From Syntrophales bacterium (GTDB lineage: Bacteria; Desulfobacterota; Syntrophia; Syntrophales; UBA4778): 64,000 bases of DNA. The first letter of the stretch is position 1, and each line of letters opens with the position of its first letter. Made by a program: the position numbers and the translations under genes. Positions 9,594 to 20,016 of the stretch are shown here, in pieces. Where the stretch lies: the NCBI GenBank assembly GCA_963665615.2, contig CAXXQE010000008.1, forward strand, positions 620,001-684,000, read 5' to 3'. The notes under the pieces are model-generated. The model was not told the origin of the DNA. It saw only the letters and a program-made list of their open reading frames with translations, and made no database searches.

Positions 9594-11075
9594 TTAGCTT
9601 GCATACCAGCCCATTCTGTCCGGATTCAGGCTCACATGAATCGTCCTCACCTGCGTATAGGCATCCAGGGCCAGTCTGTGGTGGTTTTCGCGTCCGATGC
9701 CCGATTTCTTGCAACCCCCGAACGGCATGCCCTGAGGAACCGCATAATAGCAATTCACCCACATCACACCGGTCTCGATGGCGCGCGCGATCCGGATCGC
9801 CCGATTGATGTCCTGCGACCAGACACCGCCGCCCAGACCGAAGGGGCTGTCGTTGGCGATGCGAATGGCGTCCGCTTCGTCCTTGAATTTTATGAAGCAG
9901 GTCACCGGTCCGAAGATCTCCTCCTGCGCCACCCGCCATTTGTTATCCACATCTGCGAGGATGGTCGGTTTTATGAAGTACCCTTTACCCAGACCGTTAT
10001 CGGTGATCCGATATCCGCCGCAGGCCACCCGCGCACCTTCCTGTCTGCCGAGCGCGATGTAGTCCAGAATAGTCTTCAACTGAGACGCGTTGTTGATGGC
10101 GCCCATCTGGCTCGATTCGTCCAGGGGATTTCCCACCTTGATGGCGTTGAAGAAATCGACGCAATCCGCAAGAAACCGGTCATAGATAGATTCATGAACC
10201 AGAACGCGCGACCCGCCGATACAGAGCTGCCCCTGGTTCGGAAGGATACCGAAGGCCACGCCTTCGATCGCTTTCTGCCAGTTGCAGTCGGGGAAGACGA
10301 TATTGGCCGACTTGCCCCCCAGCTCCAGAGTGGCGGGAATGATCTTTTCCGCGGCGGCCTTCGCGATAGTGAAGCCGACATCCGTGGAGCCGGTGAAGCC
10401 CAGTTTGCGGAACCCGTCATGCGCCAGCATGTAATTGCCCGCCGTCGATCCCCGCCCGGTGATCACGTTGAAGACGCCGGGCGGCAGGACCTCTGCCACA
10501 ACCTTCGCGAATTCCAGCATGCTGAGCGAGGTCTCGGAAGAGGGTTTGAGCACAATCGTATTGCCTGCGGCGAGGGCCGGCGCGATCTTCCACATCGCCA
10601 GACCATAGGGGAAGTTCCACGGCACGATCAGACCGACCACCCCCAAAGACTCCCTGAAAACCAGGTTGATCGAATCGCGATCCGGCACATTGATGCCGCC
10701 CTCGTCGGTCTTCATCGCCGCGGCGTAATAGCGCAGTTCATCGTTGCCGCGCGGGATCTCTTGCATGGACTCCCGGATGATCATGCCGGCGTCCATGCTT
10801 TCGACCGTGGCCAGCTTTTCGCTGTTTTCATCCAGCTTGTCAGCCAGCTTCATCAGCAGCCGGAATCGTTCATCGCGGCTGACATCCTTCCAGCTATTGT
10901 ACGCCGCCCAGGCTGCTTGAACGGCACGATCGACGTCCTCCCGTCCTGCATCCACGCAGGTTGCCAGCAGCTCCCCATTGGCAGGGGAATACGTTTTGAA
11001 GGTCTTGCCCTCGACACCGTCCTGCCATGCGTTGTTGATAAAGAGTTTGTAATTTTCGTCGATTGGATTTTTCAT
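9594..11075 (-). CDS. NAD(P)-dependent aldehyde dehydrogenase
   Basis: IVPWNFP, LKPS, FTGST, LELGGKS, NQGQLC (catalytic Cys), EEIFGP, PFGG.K.SG.GRE; AGGAG SD before MKNPID. Confidence 0.95.
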   Translation of the reverse strand: MKNPIDENYKLFINNAWQDGVEGKTFKTYSPANGELLATCVDAGREDVDRAVQAAWAAYNSWKDVSRDERFRLLMKLADKLDENSEKLATVESMDAGMIIRESMQEIPRGNDELRYYAAAMKTDEGGINVPDRDSINLVFRESLGVVGLIVPWNFPYGLAMWKIAPALAAGNTIVLKPSSETSLSMLEFAKVVAEVLPPGVFNVITGRGSTAGNYMLAHDGFRKLGFTGSTDVGFTIAKAAAEKIIPATLELGGKSANIVFPDCNWQKAIEGVAFGILPNQGQLCIGGSRVLVHESIYDRFLADCVDFFNAIKVGNPLDESSQMGAINNASQLKTILDYIALGRQEGARVACGGYRITDNGLGKGYFIKPTILADVDNKWRVAQEEIFGPVTCFIKFKDEADAIRIANDSPFGLGGGVWSQDINRAIRIARAIETGVMWVNCYYAVPQGMPFGGCKKSGIGRENHHRLALDAYTQVRTIHVSLNPDRMGWYAS

Positions 11076-11205
11076 TTCTTCAGTTCTCCTTGTCTTTGAG
11101 CATCGAAACTCGTTGCAGCGGCGGAGAACCTCCCAGTGATCTTTTTGGCGGCATGCAGCGCACGCACCCCCGGTATCAATCTCCATTCCGGGCATGCTTC
11201 AGGCC

Positions 11206-11244
11206 AAAAAAAAGCCGAGGCGTGCAGGAACGCAGACCTCAACC
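11206..11244 (-). terminator. Intrinsic terminator in the ALDH leader (likely riboswitch expression platform)
   Basis: Minus strand GGTTGAGG-TCTGCGTTCCTGCACG-CCTCGGC followed by T8, between riboswitch and ALDH start. Confidence 0.7.
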
Positions 11245-11312
11245 TTTCGTTTTATCCGACGGAGGCGGCACTACCACGCGGGACCGCTCCGGGAATAGCC
11301 AGGTTTACCGGG

Positions 11313-11407
11313 TCTCCTTTCCAAACACGGGAGGCACAGCCGTTTCCCGCTGTACCCTATCGTCTCCATGCCCATACCGCGAGGCTTCAGGTCATGGAGA
11401 TCGGGGA
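11313..11407 (-). ncRNA. Moco RNA motif (putative riboswitch), P3-lacking variant, upstream of ALDH
   Basis: Close copy of 9485-9582 with a compensatory G-C to A-U change in P4. Confidence 0.88.
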
Positions 11408-11536
11408 TCCGTTTTTATTACTTATTTCTGCCGACTTCCCTCCTTCAGTTGGATTTGTTAGACAGGCTTGCCGAACGTTCCTCCTTCACAATCGCTACGA
11501 TCATTTTCTTCGCAATGATGCAATGCGGGGGTCCAA

Positions 11537-12088
11537 TCAACCGATGGACTCGTAATAAGCGCCGAAGGCGCAGGCCCTGCACACCGGTCCCTTAGGATCT
11601 TCAACATCCTTGCCGTCAAAGATCTTTTCACCGCAGGCCGCGCATTTCACAATTCGTTGTGGCTTGCCGGGCAGGTCCTCCTTGCGGAGGCTGACCCTCA
11701 CGGGTTTCCAGAACAGCAGTTCCTCGTCCGGTATCGTCAGAACGCGGTTCTTGTAATCGTCGTCCTGGCTGTCGCCCCTTTCATCGGAAGGACGGGCGCT
11801 CACGCGCCAGGCCGCATTGGTTTTGAGATTCACGAAGGTCGCCGCCATGCGCCCGTAATCCACATACTTCAGGCTTCGCCTGCCGAGCCGGGTTCCCGTG
11901 GCTATCAGGACCGCGTCCGCGATGCAGCGGTCATTTTCGACAAAGACAATCAGGTCTTTGATATCTGATGCGGCCGCCAATTCGAGCCCCTTCTTTGCCA
12001 CCCTTACCCCGAGAGACTGTCCCGCGCAGAAATGACCGTGATAGGCAATGCAGCGCTGCAAAACCTCCTGCGTATCCGTAATCAACAT
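11537..12088 (-). CDS. FmdE-family protein with C-terminal Zn finger
   Basis: YHGHFCAG, ENDRCIADA, TGTRLG, GRMAATF, CAACGE...CRAC. Confidence 0.88.
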   Translation of the reverse strand: MLITDTQEVLQRCIAYHGHFCAGQSLGVRVAKKGLELAAASDIKDLIVFVENDRCIADAVLIATGTRLGRRSLKYVDYGRMAATFVNLKTNAAWRVSARPSDERGDSQDDDYKNRVLTIPDEELLFWKPVRVSLRKEDLPGKPQRIVKCAACGEKIFDGKDVEDPKGPVCRACAFGAYYESIG

Positions 12089-12130
12089 TCAATGCCTCCA
12101 CGCTCTGTTAAATTTGTTTTGATTCTCATA

Positions 12131-12166
12131 TGACATTAATATGTCATATACGACATTATCATGTCA
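12131..12166. promoter_or_regulatory. Tandem palindromic operators TGACAT-N4-ATGTCA upstream of the fmdE-like gene
   Basis: TGACATTAATATGTCA (12131) and CGACATTATCATGTCA (12151), 20-bp period. Confidence 0.75.
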
Positions 12167-12219
12167 CTTATCCACAAAAAAATGCGGACGACCCATCCCC
12201 ACGGGGGAAGGTTATCCGC

Positions 12220-13044
12220 TTATGTTTTCTCCCAGGACAGAACCGCCCAGACAATTTTTCTGCGATAGGCCATCTGCCATTTCCCGTCACGACAGTGCAA
12301 ATACTTCTCCAGGTAAGCCTTCAATGCCTTCGCTTCCGTTCTGTTTAAATCGCCGAACCGCAGCCGGATGATCTCGAAGGCCTCTTCAGGATTATTATAA
12401 GCGTTGCGCTCTACCGAGGAAACAAAGGAAACGCCCGCCCGGATGCCCATCTGATAGAGCAGATTGCAAAAGTAGATGTAATCGGGACCGGGATTCAACG
12501 GCCGGCCGATGGCCTCGAAGAGCTGACGATCATGAGGGCCGTCTCCAACCAAGGTGGAAAGATAGACCCGTTTGCGCGCCGCCTTGTCGAGTTTGGATAG
12601 GGCGCTGCGATAATCATTGGTTATCAGGGAGCGAGAGGCGATAGCGATATCATGTTGCCCGATCCCGGCAGCCGTCCAGTCGTCCTCCCAGCCGGCACGA
12701 ATAATCCGGATATTGTCAACGCCTTCTGTCCGACAGCGTTCAGACAGGAGCGTCAGCATTCCCGCAGAGATGTCCATTGCAGTCACGGAGCGGACGCGTT
12801 GGGCCAGCGGAACTGCAAGCGTGCCTGTGGCACACCCCACATCAAGCACCGTCCAGTCTTTTCGGATTTTCAGGCAGCGCAGGAACTTATCGACGTAATC
12901 GTTTTTGATGTTATGGCGTGCAAAGGACTTGGCCCGCTTATCCCAATAGGTCGAACCGGTCGTTACGCCGAATTTAGACGGCTTCTGCGCCAGACACGCG
13001 CCATTCCAGTCAATATCGTTGATATTCATCAAAGGTTTTTGCAT
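12220..13044 (-). CDS. Class I SAM-dependent methyltransferase
   Basis: YWDKRA, VLDVGCATG, VTAMDISAGML. Confidence 0.88.
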   Translation of the reverse strand: MQKPLMNINDIDWNGACLAQKPSKFGVTTGSTYWDKRAKSFARHNIKNDYVDKFLRCLKIRKDWTVLDVGCATGTLAVPLAQRVRSVTAMDISAGMLTLLSERCRTEGVDNIRIIRAGWEDDWTAAGIGQHDIAIASRSLITNDYRSALSKLDKAARKRVYLSTLVGDGPHDRQLFEAIGRPLNPGPDYIYFCNLLYQMGIRAGVSFVSSVERNAYNNPEEAFEIIRLRFGDLNRTEAKALKAYLEKYLHCRDGKWQMAYRRKIVWAVLSWEKT

Positions 13045-13104
13045 TTCCAGCTATCTGCCACGCCCAAGGGGCGACGGGGTCGCCATTCGGAAAGATAATT
13101 TTGA

Positions 13105-13140
13105 TGACATTATCATGTCAATGCAGGCATTATCAAGCCA
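13105..13140. promoter_or_regulatory. Tandem operators upstream of the methyltransferase
   Basis: TGACATTATCATGTCA (13105) and degenerate AGGCATTATCAAGCCA (13125), 20-bp period. Confidence 0.7.
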
Positions 13141-14251
13141 TATTTTTGTGCGGCGTCCTAGACTCCTTTTGTGAAAGACGCTTCGCCGTGCCATCGGGCC
13201 TTTTCGTCAACTCTCCCATATCCGTGACATCATATCCGGGCAGTTCTCCCACCCTTGAGCGGAGGGAACGGGATCTGATCACTTCCACCAGCGCCCGCAC
13301 CCTGGGATCATCCATTGCCGACTCCAGAATGCAGAGGTCATAGGCCTCCTCCCGGACACTGATGAACCGTTGACCGGACGCCTCTGCCACGAGGCGCACA
13401 GAGACGCCTGCATCGGCCCAGCCCGATCGGATCGCCTCCACCACGCCCTGATGGTCCTTGGCCATAAAGGGCGGCGAGGGACCGCCTTTCAGAACTTTAT
13501 CCAGAACCTGTCTGGCGCCGGAACCGGGCTCGCGTCCGATCCAACGCAGCTTGGCCCCGACTACTTCTCGGATCGTTTTATATGCGAGCCCCGACGACAA
13601 CACGAGCCCCTCCTGCCAGTTTGCGATTCGTAGTAATCGGAAGGGTGCCTTGAGGATCTCCCCGGCGATTTCGGCATTTTTTTCCGGCGAATGGCTCTCC
13701 GTCAGATGCATTCCTGCCGCATGCACCAATCCGTCGCGCAGCAGGTCCAGGGCCTTGCGACTGGAGCGGGAGATGGCCAGGAGGCGATAAGGGGTGGCCT
13801 GGGCATATTCAGCGGCGAGCAGACCGACGGCAGGATCGCAACCGGCCAGCACCAGCGTTTTGGCAGGATCGACAAAGGGGCTATCGTAGAAATGGCCATC
13901 GCGGTAAACGCCGTCCTGGGGCTGCAGCCCCAACTGCGATATCTCTGTGGGGTACATCAAAAGCCTGCCGCCCACCGTAGCACGCCAGTACCGGCAGGGT
14001 TCGCCTTCGGGGGGCCAGGCCCAACGGACCACCTGCTGTGCGCCCAACTGAAAGATCTCCTCAAGGGTGCATCCGAAGGTCTGCGCCAAAGTCAGGGCTG
14101 CGAGTGTAGAAGGAATCAGCTTGCCCATCTCGATAGCGCTGATCCCCGTTCGGGACAGCCCGGTACGCTTGGCCAGTTCCTGCTGGGACCAACCTCGCGC
14201 TTCTCGGAATTCCTTGATTCGGTTATGAAGGGGAAGGGTTTCTTTTGCCAT
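13133..14251 (-). CDS. Transcription regulator: XRE HTH fused to molybdate-binding-type PBP domain
   Basis: IKEFREARGWSQQELA...ISAIEMG HTH; LAGCDPA, HAAGMHL, REPGSGAR, ADAGV, EEAYDL. Confidence 0.85.
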   Translation of the reverse strand: MAKETLPLHNRIKEFREARGWSQQELAKRTGLSRTGISAIEMGKLIPSTLAALTLAQTFGCTLEEIFQLGAQQVVRWAWPPEGEPCRYWRATVGGRLLMYPTEISQLGLQPQDGVYRDGHFYDSPFVDPAKTLVLAGCDPAVGLLAAEYAQATPYRLLAISRSSRKALDLLRDGLVHAAGMHLTESHSPEKNAEIAGEILKAPFRLLRIANWQEGLVLSSGLAYKTIREVVGAKLRWIGREPGSGARQVLDKVLKGGPSPPFMAKDHQGVVEAIRSGWADAGVSVRLVAEASGQRFISVREEAYDLCILESAMDDPRVRALVEVIRSRSLRSRVGELPGYDVTDMGELTKRPDGTAKRLSQKESRTPHKNMA

Positions 14252-14281
14252 AGTCCAGACAATTATGCCATTATCCTGACA
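14246..14281. promoter_or_regulatory. Degenerate tandem operators over the regulator start (autoregulation)
   Basis: TGCCATAGTCCAGACA (14246) and TGCCATTATCCTGACA (14266), 20-bp period. Confidence 0.55.
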
Positions 14282-14323
14282 ATTGCAAGGGTTGAAATGA
14301 ACTCAGAATTATCATAGCGATTT

Positions 14324-15007
14324 TTAATCGGTCAGATGATAGACAATCGGAATTGTGATTTGAGCGGCAACGGGAGGCTTGGTGAAGGGGGCCGTATGTT
14401 CAACGGTCTCGACGGCATCGCGGTCGAGAATCCGTACCCCGGAACTTTTCGCTACGGAGACATCGCGCACCGACCCGTCGGGCAGGATGAGAAAGTTCAC
14501 GACCACCTTTCCCTGCCAGCCCATGCGAAGGGCAACAGGCGGGTAGGTGACATTTTTGAGCACCTTGTCGCGGATATAGGTAAAGTGCTCCCGGAGGTAT
14601 TTGTTTTTGGCTGCCTCGGGGGAGGCGTCCCCATTACCATCGCCGCCACTGATGGCCACAGGACCGGACGTCGCGGCCAGCACGGGTTTCTCCGGCAGCG
14701 CCACCGGCAAAACCGCCTCCGTCGGACCGGGCGCGGGGCGGGTGATTTCCTCCATCGGCTTTTCAGGTTGCGTCTGAGCAACGGGGGCGACAGGCGCTAC
14801 GGCCTTCCTGACCGCGACCTTGCGCACCGGCTCCGGCTTGGGCAGCGTGGGCGGCGCCTCCTCCTGAATATGCTCGACATCGAAGGAAATCATGACCAGT
14901 TTTTTGATCTCAGAGCTCAATACATTGCCGGCGATGATCACGAGAGAGACGATCAGCAGATGGATCAGAAGGGAGAACTGAAAGGCCTTGAATTGAAGTT
15001 TCATCAT
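14324..15007 (-). CDS. tonB: Energy transducer TonB
   Basis: SLLIH TM anchor, Pro-rich linker, YPPVALRMGWQGKVVV, SSG..ILD. Confidence 0.9.
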   Translation of the reverse strand: MMKLQFKAFQFSLLIHLLIVSLVIIAGNVLSSEIKKLVMISFDVEHIQEEAPPTLPKPEPVRKVAVRKAVAPVAPVAQTQPEKPMEEITRPAPGPTEAVLPVALPEKPVLAATSGPVAISGGDGNGDASPEAAKNKYLREHFTYIRDKVLKNVTYPPVALRMGWQGKVVVNFLILPDGSVRDVSVAKSSGVRILDRDAVETVEHTAPFTKPPVAAQITIPIVYHLTD

Positions 15008-15167
15008 TTTGCGCCTAAAGCCGCAGTAACGAGTGACAAGTATTACTCCATCTTCGTGCCGGTTCGCGCTACTGACTTTTCTTGTCATTTCTGGGCACGT
15101 TATTCATAGCAGGCACCCGTTGTCTGTTTTTGCTTGTTACTCGTCACTCGTCACTATTGACTGTTCA

Positions 15168-15548
15168 CTATCTTTGAATCTGCGTGTGCAGACTGATCCG
15201 TGAAAAGCCGAGTCCCTTTAAAATGTCGAAGACCTCGACAAAGCGTTGCAACGCCACCGCACGGTCTGCGCGGATGAGGATCGGTATGGACCGATTCATC
15301 GTTTCCAGGGTTGACTTGAGGGCCCCCAGGGAAACCATTGCGCCGTTGAGATAAACGGTTGAATGGCTGTCGATCTCGATGGTCTGCGTCTTGACGACCT
15401 CGCCGTAGCTTCGCGTCGCCTTGGGAAGTTCCATGGGGATGACGCCAATGGCGATAAAGGACGACGTGGTAAGCACGATCGTCAGCAGCACCAGCATGAC
15501 ATCGACCAACGGAATAACGTTAATATAATCAAATTCCTTTTCGTTCAT
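15168..15548 (-). CDS. exbD: ExbD
   Basis: INVIPLVDVMLVLL, ILIRAD. Confidence 0.92.
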   Translation of the reverse strand: MNEKEFDYINVIPLVDVMLVLLTIVLTTSSFIAIGVIPMELPKATRSYGEVVKTQTIEIDSHSTVYLNGAMVSLGALKSTLETMNRSIPILIRADRAVALQRFVEVFDILKGLGFSRISLHTQIQR

Positions 15549-15963
15549 GACGCATTTCCCACGTTGCCAGAAGCACCTTCACACGGCGCAGTAAAAAATT
15601 GTACATCACTACCGACGGGATCGCCACCAGAAGCCCAACGGCCGTGGCCTTCAGAGAGAGCGACAGTCCCATCATGATCTTGCCCGTATCGAGAAATCCG
15701 GAGGTTCCCATCGTGTAGAAGGTGAGCATGATGCCGAGCACGGTGCCAAGCAGGCCGATATAGGGGGCGTTGCTGCCGACGGTGGCAATGATGTGGAGCT
15801 TGCTGGTCAGATCGATCTCCAGGGCGCGCTTGTCCGCATAGCGGTCGAGATCTATTTTTTTATAGACAAAATGGCGTTCGACGGCGATGCTGACAGCGAC
15901 GATACTCATCGCAACCAACAGGCCGAGGACGCCATAGTCAATAGCGTATTGAAGAAAATCCAT
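15529..15963 (-). CDS. exbB: ExbB (short type)
   Basis: NAPYIGLLGTVLGIM, LKATAVGLLVAIP. Confidence 0.92.
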   Translation of the reverse strand: MDFLQYAIDYGVLGLLVAMSIVAVSIAVERHFVYKKIDLDRYADKRALEIDLTSKLHIIATVGSNAPYIGLLGTVLGIMLTFYTMGTSGFLDTGKIMMGLSLSLKATAVGLLVAIPSVVMYNFLLRRVKVLLATWEMRHERKGI

Positions 15964-15977
15964 TATGTTATCCTTTT

Positions 15978-16020
15978 AGGGGAATGTCGGCCCCGGATGA
16001 ACGCAAGCCGACATTTCCCT
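15978..16020. other. Intergenic hairpin after TonB receptor 2
   Basis: AGGGGAATGTCGGC/GCCGACATTTCCCT inverted repeat. Confidence 0.5.
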
Positions 16021-16045
16021 GCTTACCTCAATTTAAAGACGATGT

Positions 16046-18158
16046 CTAGAATTTCGCAGAAACGCCTACGGAGAAGCTTCGGCCGGCGCCCGGATAGCCA
16101 TACTGGTACTCGTAATTTTTATCGAAGATATTTTTCACCGAGACATAGGCCTCATAGTTCTTCAGGAAGGACTGCGTCACTTTTCCGCCAATCAGAAAAT
16201 AATCGCCGGTTTCCCATACCGCCTGCGTCGGACTGGATGCGGTCGGCAACTGGGTGTACGAAGAATCAACATAGCTTCCCTGGAAATTTACGATGGTCCC
16301 CACTTTTGGGACCCGATACTCAATACCGAGATCCAGCCTGTTTTCCGGCGCATTGGTTACTTTATCCGTCACCCTTCCGTCGGTGCGATCTTGGGCATAA
16401 TTATACGTGTAGCCTAACGTCACTTTGAGTCCGTCCAGAGGATAAACCTCTCCACCGATTTCAAAGCCGGTCATCTGCGTGCTGGCATAATTCTGGTACT
16501 GGCTGAGAGGATTGACAGGGTTATCCCGGCTGATTCGATCGGAAATGTCATGGTAAAAGCCAGAGACCTCCGCTTTTCCCCACGTGCCAATAAGCTGAGA
16601 GACGCCCAAGGTATAATTGATGCTTTTTTCAGACGTCAGGGTGTCATTCCCCCCTGTGCCAGAGTAAAGTTCCGAAAGACTCGGAAAGCGTGTTTTCTTC
16701 GCGACGGATCCAAAAACCTTTGTTGTATCGGTTACTGCATAATTAACACCGATCATCGGGTTAAATGTTCCGTCATTGGTTGTGCTTTCTCCAGTGGGTG
16801 CACTGGAGACTTGGAACCAGTCATAGCTGATGCCAATAACCACCGACAGGTTCTTCACTAAAGTAAATTCATTTTCCAGGCCAAACGATCCGGTGAAGGC
16901 CTCGCTCGCATCAAATTCCTGTGTTTCCCAATCGCGTTCTTTGTGGGAATCCTTCTTGTAATGCAGCGAGCTCCTCAGGGTATCCCAGGGGGTTGCTTTA
17001 TAATCCGCAACGAGGGACCCGCCTAATATGTAGTCTTTATAACGGCTCTTGGCCATCCAGATGCTATGATCCGAATCCGCGTAGGAATCATAATCATCGA
17101 CATGGTTGTGGTAGAAGAGTTTCATCCTCAGCGCCAGCGGATCACTGATCTTCTGCTTGCCGTCAAGATCAATCCCCCAATCTTCATACAGCGGAATTTC
17201 GGCAAGCTGGCTGAAGGTCGAATAACTAGAATTGTTGTTGATGGCACCTGTTGCGGGATTGTACCCCATCACTCGATTTTCGTTGGTGGCGGGAGAAACC
17301 CCCTTCTCCATTTTTAAATAATGCAGATTTACAAAATATTCTCCGCCGCTTGTCGGTTCTATACCCATTTTGAGCCAGACGTCATTAGCCTTGGAATTGC
17401 TGAAGTCACGAAGGCCCCCGTCCTCAAATACCCGAGTGGACGTAGCGCCGCCGCCAAGAACCCCGCCTGCCCCATTGGGACGCTGTCTGTAAGTGAGCGT
17501 TCCGGAGCGCGGCGTGAAATCGTCCGAGACATTCCAGCCGTCAGTATGACGATAGGAGTAATTGAACCAGTAGCTGAAAATGCCCTTTTTTAGACCGTTG
17601 GTAAAGGAGAGAAACTGGGAATCGCGATCGCCCAACTCCATGGTCAGACCGGTGAACATCTTCTCCGTGGCCTTTTTGGTAATGATGTTGATGACACCTC
17701 CCATGGCATTCGCGCCATAGAGCACCGAAGCCCCGCCCTTGATGACCTCGATCTTGGCGATATTGTCGACCGGAATCTGATTGAGGTCGAGCTTCATATA
17801 ATTCGACTCATAATAGGGCACGCCGTCGATCAGCACCAGTACCTGTTTCTGATCGAAACCGTGAATGCTCACGCTCGGTTTCATTTTTACGGCCCGCTGT
17901 GACCGTCAACCCCTGCGTTGTTGCCAGAGCCTCCGCCACCGTCTTACTGTTGGTCGCTTTGATGTCCTCGGCGGTGACGGTGTTTGTAATGGCTACTTCC
18001 TTTACGACGGGTTTGTCGGCGGAGACAACCACCTCGCCGAGGTCGTATGCCTCATAATCCTTTGCCGACTTCGTCTCCGCTGCCATAGCCGGTCCGAGAC
18101 AAAGAACCGCGAGCAGCATGCTTATTAACAATATCCATACGTATTGCCTGCGTATCAT
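16046..18158 (-). pseudogene. TonB-dependent receptor 2, with one extra base near 17880
   Basis: MIRRQY...DYEAYDLGEVVV...AGRKNE joins PSVSIHGFDQ if one A is removed; plug motif and C-terminal F intact. Confidence 0.85.
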
Positions 18159-18226
18159 GTTTTTTCTCCTCTTCTTTATTTTCACCTCGCGCCGCATCGG
18201 GCAGCGGCGCGCTTCCCAACTTCAGT

Positions 18227-19227
18227 CTACTTCTTTGACATTTTAATGAGTTCAATACGGCTAACGGCCTTGACGTCGCGATCGGCCGCCAGATCATCAG
18301 CCGGGCGCCAATAGCAGCTTACCGCCATTCTCCAGAGGTTTCCCGTCGGCGTGATCGGCTATCAAGATGCGCCGGCCCGCCTCCGAGAGAAAGAGTTCCC
18401 CGTATGAGAAGGCACACCGGTAACCGTCCACCGCTGAAAACGATGATCAGCGTATTGACATCCATGGCGACGTCCGTCTTCTTAAGAAGGCTGACGAGCG
18501 GCGTTCCTGCATAGAGCGGCATGCCGTGATAGCCCATGCCGTCGCCGATAATTTTGTTCCAGAACCTCCAGGCGCGAATAGCCCGCCAGGCTGTCGAGTG
18601 ACAGAAGCGTCTTGCCCTCGTTCACTATCGTCAGTCCCGGAGAGAAGAGCTTCACTCCCTTCTGACCCGTCGATTTGAGCTTCAGATCGACCACGTCGAT
18701 ACGGACGACATCCTCGATCATGCGGTCGGTGAAGAGATCCGTCCTCCATGACCAGCTTGGGGAAAGCAAAGGTCCGCGCGGGTTGCGCCTCGGGTCGATG
18801 GTGAGGAATAACGGGGGTTGCCGCGTAGGCGAGGATCGCATGGGATGGATTGCGGTAGAAAATCTCCCCCCAGGCGAGGGACAACCTGCTGCCCCGATTT
18901 GCTCCTGAGCACGACGGCCAGATCGACCTCCTTGTTGAAGGGGGCGTCCTTGTCTTTTTTAATCCGTGCGAGCGTCAGGAGCGTCTTCAGCGGAACGCCT
19001 TTGAAGACAAAGGTCCCGTGGAATTTTTTATCGGTGGTCACTTCCCCCTGACGGACCACAGCCGGCTCCATCAGCGCAAGATCCTCAAATTTGAGGCACA
19101 TTGGATTGGCGACAGCGCCGCCGACACAGATTTCGGACGATGCGGTCTCTGCCTGAGCCGGCATTGAAAAGATCAGACCGGTCAGAAGTCCGATCCCAAG
19201 CACTATAAAAAGAACGTGTTTTCTCAT
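18227..19227 (-). pseudogene. Periplasmic protein with two molybdopterin-binding-oxidoreductase-like repeats (about 4 frameshifts)
   Basis: Joined frames: Sec signal ...MPAQA; VGGAVANP, FKGVPLKTLL, AWGEIFY, DRMIEDVVRI; second repeat YAGTPLVSLL, DGYRCAFSYGELF, DRDVKAVSRI. Confidence 0.65.
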
Positions 19228-19241
19228 GGCATTCTCCTTTA

Positions 19242-20016
19242 TCAACTTTTTTCATTCGTGTAGTACCAGAACATCAAAACAATCATGGCGGCGAAGCCGG
19301 CAAGGATCAGCGTCCGCCCCGGATCCTTCTGCGCCACCAGGGTCAGGACCGGCGTTGCGCCGGCCCCTGTCTGTTTCTTTTTCGGGATCAGGTGCAAGCT
19401 CATCCCGCTCCAATTGATGGGGTGCAGAACGGCGATCTCTCTGGTTTCGCTGTCCCCAGACGATGAGCGAAGGACCATGATGGCGCGAGAGGACCGGACG
19501 AACCCCTGAGCGAACCCCGGCTCGGTATAGCGTTCAACGGGCTGGCCAACCACTTCAAAGGTCGCCTGTCCGGGGAGATTTCCCTTTTCGCCCTGACGGA
19601 TATCCATCGCCTGGCGCTCGTTGGCCAGCAGCGTTACCGCATGGCCCAGCAAGAGCACGACAAAGCAGAGATGAATCAGGGCTGGACAGATCTTTGTAGA
19701 AAAGAGCCGCCACCCCATTTCGCGCCCTGCCGGACCACAAGCAGCGAGATTTCACGAGTGACACAAGCGATTTGTCGTGAATCCCAGAAGCGCCAGCAGC
19801 GCCAGCAGCGTGACGACCCACCACAACTTGGTCATGGGAAGGCCAGTAGCGGGACCGAACCAGTTCTGGATGGTCAGAGCGTTGAGCGGCGCAAAAATTT
19901 TGAAGTCGGTGAAGGTTATAGAGGGCCGCGACAGCCAGATTCAGACTCACCAGAAAGAGCAGTACGACATTGATCCACATATCGGAGCAGAACTCTAGGA
20001 GGCGACGGATTTTCAT
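19242..20016 (-). pseudogene. ResB/CcsB-like membrane protein (frameshifted)
   Basis: TM segments, IHLCFVVLLLGH, IAVLHPINWSG, QKDPG..LILAG; adjacent to the CcsA-like gene. Confidence 0.6.

Noticed and set aside
9582..11099. 505-aa plus-strand ORF
   Set aside because: Antisense shadow of the ALDH gene caused by GC codon bias
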